DNA from: Amphiscolops sp. MND2022
Taxonomy: Eukaryota
Length of the DNA stretch: 64,000 bases
Reading direction: 5' to 3'
Assembly (NCBI GenBank): GCA_964187785.1
Contig: OZ076411.1
Coordinates: 24,614,001 to 24,678,000 of the forward strand
The notes beneath the pieces were generated by a model. The model saw nothing but the letters and a program-made list of their open reading frames with translations, was not told the DNA's origin and made no database searches. Numbering within the stretch: position 1 is the stretch's first letter; each line of letters starts with the position of its first letter. The position numbers were made by a program, and so were the translations under genes. Shown piece after piece: positions 49,572 to 59,764 of this stretch.

Positions 49572-51803
49572 TGCCTGCGAAAGAGAAGCTAAAGGACGGT
49601 AATCACCACTGCTGTAGCTGCTGCCTGAACAAGGGGTCAGTATCCTGGCTGGATCATGTTGATCTACCGCCATGTCGAGAGTCTTGGAAGCGGAAATGAT
49701 AGGTGGGCAGCCTTCGGACCCAGTCTCGATGTTCCTCATGTCCTCATCAGTGTCCATTGCCCCGCTGGTGTAGCCGTCACTTTCGATTCCCGTGCTCTCA
49801 CCTCCAGAGCTGGACTCGTACCCGGGGCCGGGAGTGGCAGACCTGCGAGGAATATTTCGCGAGGTACGCTTGTTCAGAGGGATCCCCTCAGTTAACTTTA
49901 TCAGTAGCGATTTCATCATGTGGAATGACGACAGCACTGACTCATCAGCTATGGTTCTCAGCACGCCATGAACCTGACTTTCACTAAAGGCAACAGTTGA
50001 ATGACCGGCTGGCAGCTCGACAGGCACGTTCTTTGTGAAGAACTTACGGATAACTTCTCTCCCGGTTGGTGATAGGTTTCGTTCAGTCGAAAGCATCTTG
50101 TCCCGATAGGCAGCTTGTTCAGCATCACTATTCCTTGAAGACTGCTGCAAATCCTCGTCAAGGCTTGTGAATAAGTCAGGATCAAATGAGAAAGTGCCTA
50201 ATTTAGTGGTAGGCAGATCGACTCCAGAACTGTCGTACAACTCTCCCGGGTCACTGGTATCAGAGTGCAAAGCCCTACACTCAAGAGTTCTTGTTCGGGA
50301 TTCTTCACTATTGCCCGGGACCGGCTGTGGTGCTTTGGTAATTTCTAAAGTTATCGACTCAGAGACTTTAGGAGCTCCATGTGTGTTTTCCTCAGCCTCA
50401 GGAACTTTGGGAGCCGCGTGTGGATCTTCTTCAAGGACGGTGTCAAGGGGTGTTGTTGATGCACCTGGAAACTGTGAGACAACTTTCTCAATATAGGCGC
50501 TTACACTCTCGTCAGTTGAGTTGGACGCCTGGGATTCGGGTCGCACTTCTTTTTCTGGCACATTTTGGAATTGGGCCGGTTCATGTTCTTGTCCCTGACC
50601 AATGGGAGCAATGGTAGGATTGGTGGATTCTGGCAACCTCTCTTCGTTAGACATCTCTAAATGGAAAGAGACAAATTTTAGCGGGTAGCTTCCTGAATAT
50701 GAATCCATGAGACCGCTTTACAAATCTTCTAGAAGTAAAATTGAAACATACGGCAAAACGCTTATGCTCTTTGAAACAAATGGACAGGAAGTATTACGAG
50801 CGTGAACAGGTCCTGATCAAACCTATTTCCGTTCAAAAAGAAAAGACCAGATAGCTAACCTGACATTGCAAAAGATTTGAATCGGATGTAGTCCAGAAAG
50901 ACAATTGACAGGAAGATGGAGAAGGGAGACTGATGCTGTTACGAAGAATAAGGCACTCGGACCCCAAGTAGGAAATCCAACTTCAAAGAGAAGTCGTCTG
51001 CTGTCCGAGTATGGCCAAAGAGTAGAAGGCTGATAGTCCAATAGTGAACTTGATAATAATAAGTAACGGACCAGAAGACTAACAACTATACTAAATAGAC
51101 AATGTATAAATACGGAAGTGGTTAGAATTTGAATGGATAAAGTAACAATTGAATGAATGACGAAGATTGCTGAAAGAAGAGTTGGAGTTTGTGGCAAACT
51201 GGAATTGATGTCAAACAATTATACAATTATAGGTGTCATTTTGTGGATGGAACCTGCCAGAGAAATCCACAAAGTTATCCTCAAAATCTTATTTTACCAC
51301 GGATCTATTATTTTACAGTTATTTCATTATTTTATTTATTTCCTTATTTGGAATATTATTATTTCGTCCGCCATTTCGGAATGCGGATAGCAATGGCGAT
51401 TCTTATTGGCTATCGCGGCGATGAGCCGCGCGTGGCCTCAAATCTTGACTATTGGCTCTTGAAAGTCTCAAGTGGATGTTGAGAGCTGATAAACACTTAA
51501 AGGTGCCATTGATGTCTTCAAGCCGCATTAGGCAGACTGCTGAAGTAACGATGTAAACAAAGCGGCACGTTGGGGTCATCAAAGGTTGTTTGGAAGGAGT
51601 TATCGATATGAATGTTAACAGGAAGGCAAAACCCCGGGAAAGGAGTCACGGGTTTCGAAGTAAAAATCTTAAACGAAATCAAGAAAAGAAATTGTCATTC
51701 TCTCTCTTAAAGCCTACAAGTGCAGTTGGTCTTACAACTGAAATTCATAAAGTTGACTTCAATTTTCTACAAAATTGCGAAAAAACTGATAAAAACGCGA
51801 TAC

Positions 51804-52637
51804 ATGGCTGATAGATACCCGCAAGACTTTTGTGGCGCTGCGCCCCGAAGGATACAGCTAGTATATCTGTCCAGTGATGAAGAAGAGGAAATGGACGCAT
51901 TTAGTACTACATCCGTAATGGACCTCCAACTATCGTCAGAAGATGAGGAATACGACGATGAGATCTTGATGATGGCACAATGCGTCGAAATGCAACTGTC
52001 AACGCCTATACCTGTCCCTGGGTCTTCTACACCGAAAACGGACCGCCCTAACCTATTGAACAGGCCGTCTGAAAGCAAAAAGCCTAATCTGACACACAGC
52101 CCTAGTCCCGTCCCAGATCAGTCTTTCTTTTCATTGGGAAGGGGAAAGGGCCCGATAAGGCGTGATGATCGCATAAGGAATAACCACCCGATAAAGTTAT
52201 GCAGCGGACTAATCCCTCTGGTGGACACGCCAATGTCACCTCCCCCGGAAGAAAGAGGGCACTGTAGTTCTTTTTTCGACAACTATGCCGAGCGGCCAGA
52301 GTCACAACAATCTCTCGACGGAATTACAAATCATTTCCAAGGAATGGGACTCAGTGGGTCGGGGGCATTAGTGAACTACTCAGACTGTGTAATATGCGGG
52401 AAATCGACAATGCAAATTCAGCAAGAAGCAGTTGCGGACTACCTGGTCAAGACGGCTATTCCCGGAGAAACAGCACTACAAGTCGAAGCGCGTAAGAGAG
52501 CCTTCATTGAAGGGATGCAGGTTGGCACATTCTTACTTCTCCCAGGGGGAGTGTCGCAGGCGGCCGCCTGCGATGGCAACCTCTATACCATAGACCACAG
52601 TCTGCCAATTGCCCTACCCGGAACATTACCTTTATAA
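51804..52637 (+). CDS. Accessory sense ORF (277 aa from ATG), acidic N-terminus, Pro/Ser-rich, CxxC, unknown function
   Basis: Open frame 51720-52637 with ATG at 51804. Reads across the PPT and stops 86 nt inside the 3' LTR. No signal peptide or transmembrane segment seen. Confidence 0.7.
   Translation: MADRYPQDFCGAAPRRIQLVYLSSDEEEEMDAFSTTSVMDLQLSSEDEEYDDEILMMAQCVEMQLSTPIPVPGSSTPKTDRPNLLNRPSESKKPNLTHSPSPVPDQSFFSLGRGKGPIRRDDRIRNNHPIKLCSGLIPLVDTPMSPPPEERGHCSSFFDNYAERPESQQSLDGITNHFQGMGLSGSGALVNYSDCVICGKSTMQIQQEAVADYLVKTAIPGETALQVEARKRAFIEGMQVGTFLLLPGGVSQAAACDGNLYTIDHSLPIALPGTLPL
52544..52551 (+). promoter_or_regulatory. Polypurine tract
   Basis: AGGGGGAG immediately precedes the TGTCGCAGG start of the 3' LTR. 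Confidence 0.85.
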
Positions 52638-54189
52638 CTACAAGGATAAATAACTTTGAGAACATTATTTCATTTAATATTTGCAACACATGTAAACCAA
52701 TTTATGTATTTTATTTGTAATATGATTGATGTTTGACAGCAAGCTATACTGACAGGCAGAAAGGAAACGAGTTCAAATGTTTGCCTGTTAAGTATAGCTA
52801 GCATAGCCGCGCACGGCATATTAGCCAATCATAGCTCATCTTGTTTTATTTGTAGTTGTAGTAATGCATTCACTTATTAATCAGAATGGACCGTCACGGT
52901 CACTTGGCCTAAGCTGACTAATTGCATTTTGTTGCTATACTGAGTTGCTGTTAAATAAATAGAACAAAGCGGATGCTGTCTTAATGGCTGAACGGCCTTA
53001 CTTGTCCAAATGTCGCTAGTGCTACTGCTAGAGAAATAAGGCCCTATGCGGCCAGCGGACTAAATGAGTATTCTCATTTGTTAATATGATGAAATCGATG
53101 CTATTATTGATATGTTAATGAAATACGTGTTATGTATTACTGAGTGTTCAACCTCATGTAAACGTTAATATGTAGTGTTACTTCCCCTGTTTAATATGAT
53201 AATATGGGGTTAAATGGTTCCTCGCGACAATAGACCGTGTAGGACCGCCATGAATCATTTTGCATGTAAAACTGTTGCTTACATGAATTTGTATATCTGA
53301 ACATTTTGACCTATATGCAACGTGGCCCTGTTAGGCGCTTTGATTTAGCCGCCTATATAGGTCCACGCTGACGTCATGTAGCTATTTATAGTTCTGATGT
53401 ATCTACTTTTAGCCTGTGTGCTATTTTTAGCAGCATGATCATCAGAATTGTGGACGTCATGCTGTCTTGAGTATATATATGCCCAAGTTAGCCCACAATT
53501 TCAATGATTGATACGATACGGTTATTATTCAGTTATTCTTTTACTGAGAGTACAAGATTCACTGTAAACCCAACAAACATTGTCCACAGGAACAATTTAC
53601 TTATTTTCTCCTGGAAAGATATTTTCAATGCCGTCTACAAGAAAACAAAAGGCTAAAGCCAGGAGGTCGAGAGAGTTAGACATGTTTTCCGACTACGGTA
53701 ACATGGACGTGATGCTAGGCGAAGGTAATTCTAACTCTATAGAAAGAGAGCTAGATAGTCTCATTAATGTCCCTGAAGGGCCGCAAGACTTCAGGTCATT
53801 TCCTAACAGGGAAAATTCATCTCAAGAAAATGAGATTAGAGATATTGATAACAGAAACGAACCAGTTAGAGAAAGAAGACTAATAGAATCAATTAATATG
53901 TTGTCTGGAGAAATGAATGCTAGAATGTCTCGTGAAATGGAAACAATGATGGATTTAATGCAATCACAAATCAGTAGCGCTATTAGCTCTGCCATAAGTG
54001 AAAGGATTATTCCTGAGATACAGAACATGGTGGAAAACTTGCCTTTGAGTCAACCTGGCGCCGGACCGTGTATGTCCTCAAATGAGGATGGAATGAGAAA
54101 TGTATGGAAAAGCTCAAATACGAAATTAACAAAGAAGGACTCAAGGTCTGCATGCGATCTGAGGGACCATGTGGACCCTGTTCCTTACA
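52552..54189 (+). repeat. 3' LTR (1638 bp) carrying a second copy of the gag N-terminus
   Basis: Direct repeat of 37441-39080, followed by the TSD TTACC. ORF 53628-54215 is gag residues 1-187 running on into the flank (PVPY-ITEATRRR*). Confidence 0.95.
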
Positions 54190-55292
54190 TTACCGAAGCA
54201 ACACGAAGACGCTAATGGGTTTTGTATTGAAGTTCGTAGCACTGTGTGCACAATGCGACTTATGAGAACTCGCAATTATTCACTGATGTTTGAGTAAAAA
54301 ATATGCTTCAGCAAAGTCGTTTTTCAAACATCGACACCACAGCCACGGGGAAGCAAATGAAACAAAAATCAGAAAAACTAAATACAGCTTGTAGGAAAAA
54401 TTGTGGCTAATTTTTTTTCAAGAAAACTGTTGGACTCTCGGTATCTACAAATGAAGAAAGAAGTTTGTAAAGAGAATCTTTTGAAGCATACTTGTTGGAA
54501 CGTTTACCGTCTATTTTTGCGAGGGATAAAAAGTATTTCAAGTTTCCAGAAACTGGTTGATTTAATTACATATGACATACAAGTTTATGACAAGAAACTC
54601 TTTTCTTCATATACATGATCTGTACAAAAGTGAAAATCATGACGAAACGCGCTAATTTTTGCCTACAACTGGGTCATTTCGCTCGATTTTCACTTCAAAA
54701 TGGAGGCTAATCAAAGAAAAACAGTCGATATGATGATACGAAAAACAGCTTCTGAAATAGCATTTTGTGTGCCACTTTTGAACTGTTTGTGAAAAGTTTC
54801 AATACCAAAAGATATGGAATATTAGACAAGTAATTATTTTTGGAAATAAGTGTATTGGATAAGTAGATGTTTCTGAAACTTTTCACTAATCCGTCGAAAT
54901 TCTTTCCGAATATCAAGACATTCTAGAGAAAGAACGACTGAACTTTTGTCTAGTAGAAATCTCAAATCATTTAAACAGATGGTGAAAGAAGAAAGCATGA
55001 AATATACGATACTAATTTAATACTTTTGAGCTATTGGTAGTATTACTATTAGCAAAATTTCGAAATCTTCTACTCGCAGCCTGCCATATAATTCTGTAGA
55101 ATTTTGAGCTTGTCCGAAACATGTAAAAACATTTTCCCAAAAATCAAGCTATATTTTAAATAACCCTAAAATGGAATGTGAAGTAGATTATGTGAGTGAA
55201 ACCTCCTCCCCACTGATGTGATGAAACTCAACCATCCTTTAAATAGCGAAAACTAGAATGTTGATGTGATGATTGTGTCGCAATAATTAGTC

Positions 55293-55481
55293 TCATGTCT
55301 CAACAGAGGTCTTCTCGGCGTATTCCGGTGCGATTGTGTCGTTGTGTGCGGTGCTGTTGCCGTTGTCAGTGTTGTTGTCAGAGTCATCATCACCTTCTTT
55401 GCCTGTGGATTCATCACCGAATGTGTCTAATTCGGGGCAGTCTTTCCTTTCCTTGTCTTCCACATCTGGAACACGCTTCAA
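55293..55481 (-). CDS. Candidate host exon, acidic Asp/Asn-rich with NST/NDT sequons
   Basis: GC-richer island in an AT-rich flank reading KRVPDVEDKERKDCPELDTFGDESTGKEGDDDSDNNTDNGNSTAHNDT. Splice acceptor not convincing. Confidence 0.3.
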   Translation of the reverse strand: MKRVPDVEDKERKDCPELDTFGDESTGKEGDDDSDNNTDNGNSTAHNDTIAPEYAEKTSVET

Positions 55482-57999
55482 CTTTTCTCTCTTGGTTACA
55501 AATTAAACTAATTGTATGAAAACGATACAATTCAGAGAATGTGACAACTTTGAAACTGATGGCTGGTTTAAAAATTAACATGTTTTTTTTGCGATCGAGA
55601 TGAACTTTTTATACGACGTTTTACCAATTTTATTCTATTTTGCTCAAGCGTAGAATGCGTACACCAAGAAGTAGTTACAACCTTAGTATTTTATAAATAC
55701 TACATCTTTTTTATTCAAGACGTCAGGCTCTGAGGAACCTCTTAAAAATCAAAGATGCAGTGGTACTGTGGTAATTTGAACCTGGAGGAGGAGCTTTTTA
55801 ATTGCAATACTTTCAAAATTTACAAATTTCATGTCTTCAAACTCAAAAAACTCTTTTTTTGAAGCTCCCTCTAGATTCTAATTTTAATTCACTGCATTGG
55901 CTTCCAATGTAGAAAAGCTATCAAAAGAATTGACACATCCAATATGCACCTCCGATTGAAACAACGGTTTTGACTCACACATTCCAAGCGAAAACCCAAC
56001 AAACTTTGAAGCAATAAGGTAAATGGTACTCGGAGCAAATCTCCTATTCTTACAAGACGCTTTCGGGAAAATTTGGACACCCCACTCTCGAAAACTGGAC
56101 TGTTCATTGTAAGTCATAATATAACTCAATGCGTCGGATAGAGAATTGAAAAACATCTGCCTTTAGCAGGGACTCCTTAGGCTTAAAACTTTTTCCGTAA
56201 TGAAAACCCAAATAAAATCTCAAAGGGTCTCTATTGTTAAATGAGAAAAAACTTCGAAAACCGTCTCTCAATGCCAAACCACGCTAACCACGAGGCAAGG
56301 TCACTGAACAGTTATGATCTTCATTCAGTATTCAATCACTTGAATGTTTTCGGTCTACTAGTTATTCACTTCTCAAATTGTAGGCTGCTGGATATCCGTT
56401 GAAGTGAACAATTAATCATTGGATGCTATTCGCTCTCGGGTTTCAAGTCAATATCTTCCACAATTTCAAGAGAAAAATCACGTCAAAATTTTTTTGAAAA
56501 ACTGAACGAATCACATGCCCTACAGAAGCAATGAGAAACTGAGAAATATTTTTTCCTTGACTTTTTACATTTTTTAGGTTGTTTTTCAAGGAAAACATAT
56601 TTCCGACTCCCAAGGAAACCTCTTTGACTTTTTTTGGGTCCTGTGAATCTGATGAAGGTTTTGTGGAATAATTGCGGAATCCACTCAATAATTTGGCCCA
56701 CTCAATAATTTGCGGAAAAGACCCTTTTGGCTCAGTGCGACTTTTAATCGAAAAAAAATTTATTTGATCAAGAGGTATCTCCTTCACTTTCACAAATGTT
56801 TTCGGTTTGAAATTATTGCTCCTTTTTGGGCACTACGAGCTTTTTCCGAAGAAAATATTTGTTTTTTTTACAGTTGGCGAAAAACCGGTTTTACAGTCTA
56901 ATTGGTATCCTTTCGGGCAATTTCTGGCACTGTAAAATTGGTAAACTTTTCACAATAGTGTCCTTTGCAAATTTATATTATAAAATTTGGTGTTTTTAAA
57001 CGTGAGCGGGCGGCGACTTGGGCCGTTTCCGGCTTGTTCGATGTTCTGGTAGCACCGAAAAAATTACAATGGGGACCACTGTTAGATCAGAACCCAAAAT
57101 TCTTGTTGAAGCAATGACAATGAAAACATGAGCATCCAAATGTCGAAAAATTTTGGAAATTTGACTTTTCAGAAATTTCAGAAATTTGATTTTAAAAAAT
57201 ACTTTCGACCACAAAATTTTTTGGCATCACGATCAGGGAATGGAAAAATAATAATTGCAATTTATTTGATATTCAAAAATGGCACAATGAATTAATTACA
57301 ATTATAGAAAATCCCCAATTCAATTGACCAATTAATTTGCAATTGATATCAACGAAAAACATTTTTAAAACTTAATTTATAAAACATCACAATCAAAAAT
57401 GATATTCTGAACAAGTTTTTTATCCGGCTGGAATTACGTTGGTATTTGCCAAGTATGCATTCAATTCATTTAGCTATTCCAGCCGGTGGCAGGACAAAAT
57501 AACCAAGGTCTAAATAGCCAATGTCAAAATAGCCAATGCCATAATATCCAATATGCCAAAATAGCCAATGTCAAAATAGCCAAGGCCAAAATAGCCAATG
57601 CCAAAATAGCCAATGCCAAATAAGCCTAAACCAAAACAGCCAAAGTGGCACTATAACCAACGAGAACAAGGCAGCCCAGACTAAAGCAGACTAATTACAT
57701 GTAGAGCTCCAAGTAATGTCAGGCTTGATTAACGTAATTGCTTTAATGACATTCTAAGTGAACAATTTAATTTTTTGATAGCTATCGCTCATTTAATCCC
57801 TCTCTGATCCAAATTCTTGTGTAATTATAAAATTATATAATATATGAAATTAGTATAAGTTAGAAAAATGAAAATCTGTTTTTTCTCCCGAAATAAGAGG
57901 AATTGAGAGCCCAAAATTTGACACGTGAATCAGGGCGATATTGAGTTTTTTCGTTAGCCCCCCGCCCATTCCTGATTTCTTAACTCCCGGAAATAGGGA

Positions 58000-58150
58000 A
58001 TTTCGGGACATCGGGAACTTCCGTCTACCTTTTTTTCATAAAATGACAAAGACTAGGCTGGAACTCGGATAGTTCAACTATCCGAGTTCCAGCCTAGTGT
58101 TTGTCATTTTATGAAAAAAAGGTAGACGGAAGTTCCCGATGTCCCGAAAT
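58000..58150. repeat. Palindrome with 75-bp arms, 1-nt spacer (C at 58075), one mismatch
   Basis: Arms 58000-58074 and 58076-58150 are reverse complements except for aaaGacta vs tagtGttt. Confidence 0.97.
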
Positions 58151-58239
58151 AATTACTTTGGCCTAGTGGTCAGAGAACTGCTTCTGAAGTAAAGTTTACT
58201 TCAGAAGCAGTTCTCTGACCACTAGGCCAAAGTAATTAT
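58149..58239. repeat. Perfect palindrome with 45-bp arms, 1-nt spacer (G at 58194)
   Basis: Arms 58149-58193 and 58195-58239 are exact reverse complements. It abuts the previous palindrome. Confidence 0.97.
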
Positions 58240-59589
58240 GTGTTTAAAGATCGTTCCAGGTATTATATCAAAACACGGTATTAGCGTTTAGGAAATATGA
58301 TTGACAGTTGCTTCATAGTTTCCATGCACGAAAAACGAAAAGCGTAATAGATTTTTGAACTTTCTTCACTTTCAATATTTGTCATCAAGTCAATAAAAAT
58401 GATCGGCATTTTGCATGCTTTGACTGTCAATCAAAAATTTTGACAGGTCTTCACTGCTGTATGTGCTTTTTCTTTTTAAGTGCATTCAATGTGACCGAAA
58501 ACGCACCAGTTTTATCAATCAAATTGTTTTAGGTCATTACATTGATCTGCTGTGAAAGTATTGTCAGGCATATATGTGCGATCCCAAAGTTGCGTCATCA
58601 ATTGTTTCATTTGTTCAAACTAATTAGTTCAAGGCGCTTTTCACGTGTGCGCATCTGTTCTCTCGCGTTGGTTATGTCAAATTGGCTATTATGTCACGTT
58701 GGCTATTTTGGCATTGGCAATTTTGTCACGTTGGATATTTTTGCATTGGCTGTTATGACATTGGTTATTATGACTTAGGTTATTCTGACATGTAACCATT
58801 CCAGCTATGCATAATTAGCTATATAGATATGACCGAGAAATAGGCGCAGAAATTACAATTCAATGGTTTTCATTGCCTATTTTCCAGTCAATTAATTGAT
58901 GTGTTAAAAATATCCAATAAATAAATTTTCACTGAAAAATTGCAATTCATTGTTCATCAATCAATTTTTCCAACCCCTGATCACGATTCCCAGAGTGTTT
59001 AAAAGGGTAGTTTTTGGGACTTCCGGCAAATGCTGATTTGATATGCAAGTTCTCGTTGGCAGCATCAAGTTGTTCTTCAGTAGGTCACATTGGGGGTTGT
59101 GATTCATGTTTATCTAGGCTTCATGTAGCATCAGATTGAAAATCTAAACTAACAATTTATTTGAGTGTTTGGGAGGTTTGGGAATGTATGATAGTACCTA
59201 CTGACATGATAATTACGCCTGTTCACACGCAATTTTGGGTTCAAACAGTCTTACATTCACTGAAAATCGGAACTAATCAAAAGCGTTTGTTTTATTCTGT
59301 CTTATTCAAACATCGATTTCGAAGCTAGAAAACGAAGACCATAAAAATTCTTGCTCAAAAACCAAAGTGGGTTGCTCTTCAAGAGGTCTTAACTGATGTA
59401 TAATTTGTAAGGGGGGCTTAATCTTCAATAGGTGGATCCGAGGTTGGGGTGGGGATTGGGCGGTGTTGCGGGTGTCGGTTATGAGATTCTTTTCAATTTG
59501 AATTAGTTTTCATTGTATCAGAATTTGAGGATTGTTACTCCAGAACACAAATGCGTGGCAAATATTGAAATTGATGTCTGCTGTCTCAC

Positions 59590-59764
59590 CTGTGTCGTTT
59601 GAGTCGGTCACATTATCTGTCTCGTCAAGTTCCACCACTGCGTCTTCGGCTTCAGCCGACGTTGACTGGCTGGGCATCGTGGCCAATAAGAATGCTATAA
59701 CGAGAACAGGGTAACATGCATGAGTCAGCACCTGGTATACTTTGTTCATCCTCCTTCCTGCCAT
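59590..59764 (-). CDS. Candidate first coding exon of a secreted host protein
   Basis: ATG, then hydrophobic YPVLVIAFLLATMPSQSTSA (signal-peptide-like), then acidic EAEDAVVELDETDNVTDSNDT. Phase-1 donor CAG|GTGAGA at 59589. Confidence 0.5.

Larger units (their letters stand above)
45591..50708 (-). pseudogene. Antisense multi-exon cargo gene: NLS + C2H2/BED-like zinc finger + hAT-transposase-like body (~1250 aa reconstructed)
   Basis: Exons 50708-48948, 47803-47318 (after collapsing the duplication), 47203-46815 and 46750-45591. PPRKRRR, then CQIC...HYKTQGH finger. In-frame TAA at 49233-49235 and 46945-46947, a 1067-bp duplication, and one frame problem near 47050. hAT homology is inferred from motif spacing only. 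Confidence 0.7.
37441..54189 (+). mobile_element. Giant (16,749-bp) Ty3/Gypsy LTR retrotransposon with ~7 kb of accessory cargo
   Basis: TSD TTACC at 37436-37440 and 54190-54194, TGT...ACA LTRs, PBS, PPT, and pol order PR-RT-RH-IN. Confidence 0.97.
57234..58979. mobile_element. hAT-like non-autonomous element (1746 bp)
   Basis: Perfect 8-bp TSD ATCACGAT (57226-57233 and 58980-58987). TIRs CAGGGAATGGAAAAAT / CAGGGGTTGGAAAAAT. Inverted subterminal arrays of caaaatagccaatg (~57515-57640 vs ~58680-58790). An 8-bp TSD is characteristic of hAT. Confidence 0.88.

Noticed and set aside
45591-50708. Independent DNA transposon nested in the retrotransposon
   Set aside because: I found no TIR pair or TSD bounding the antisense gene. 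Not fully excluded without sister-copy alignment.
50823-51218. Hydrophobic 131-aa minus-strand ORF as an env or membrane protein
   Set aside because: It starts at TTG, its hydrophobicity follows from T-rich composition, and it has no env-like cleavage site or ectodomain. More likely the 5' region of the antisense gene.
53580-54215. A second, truncated retrotransposon starting after the first
   Set aside because: It is the gag portion of the 3' LTR. Identity with the 5' copy stops exactly at ...CCTTACA, followed by the TSD.
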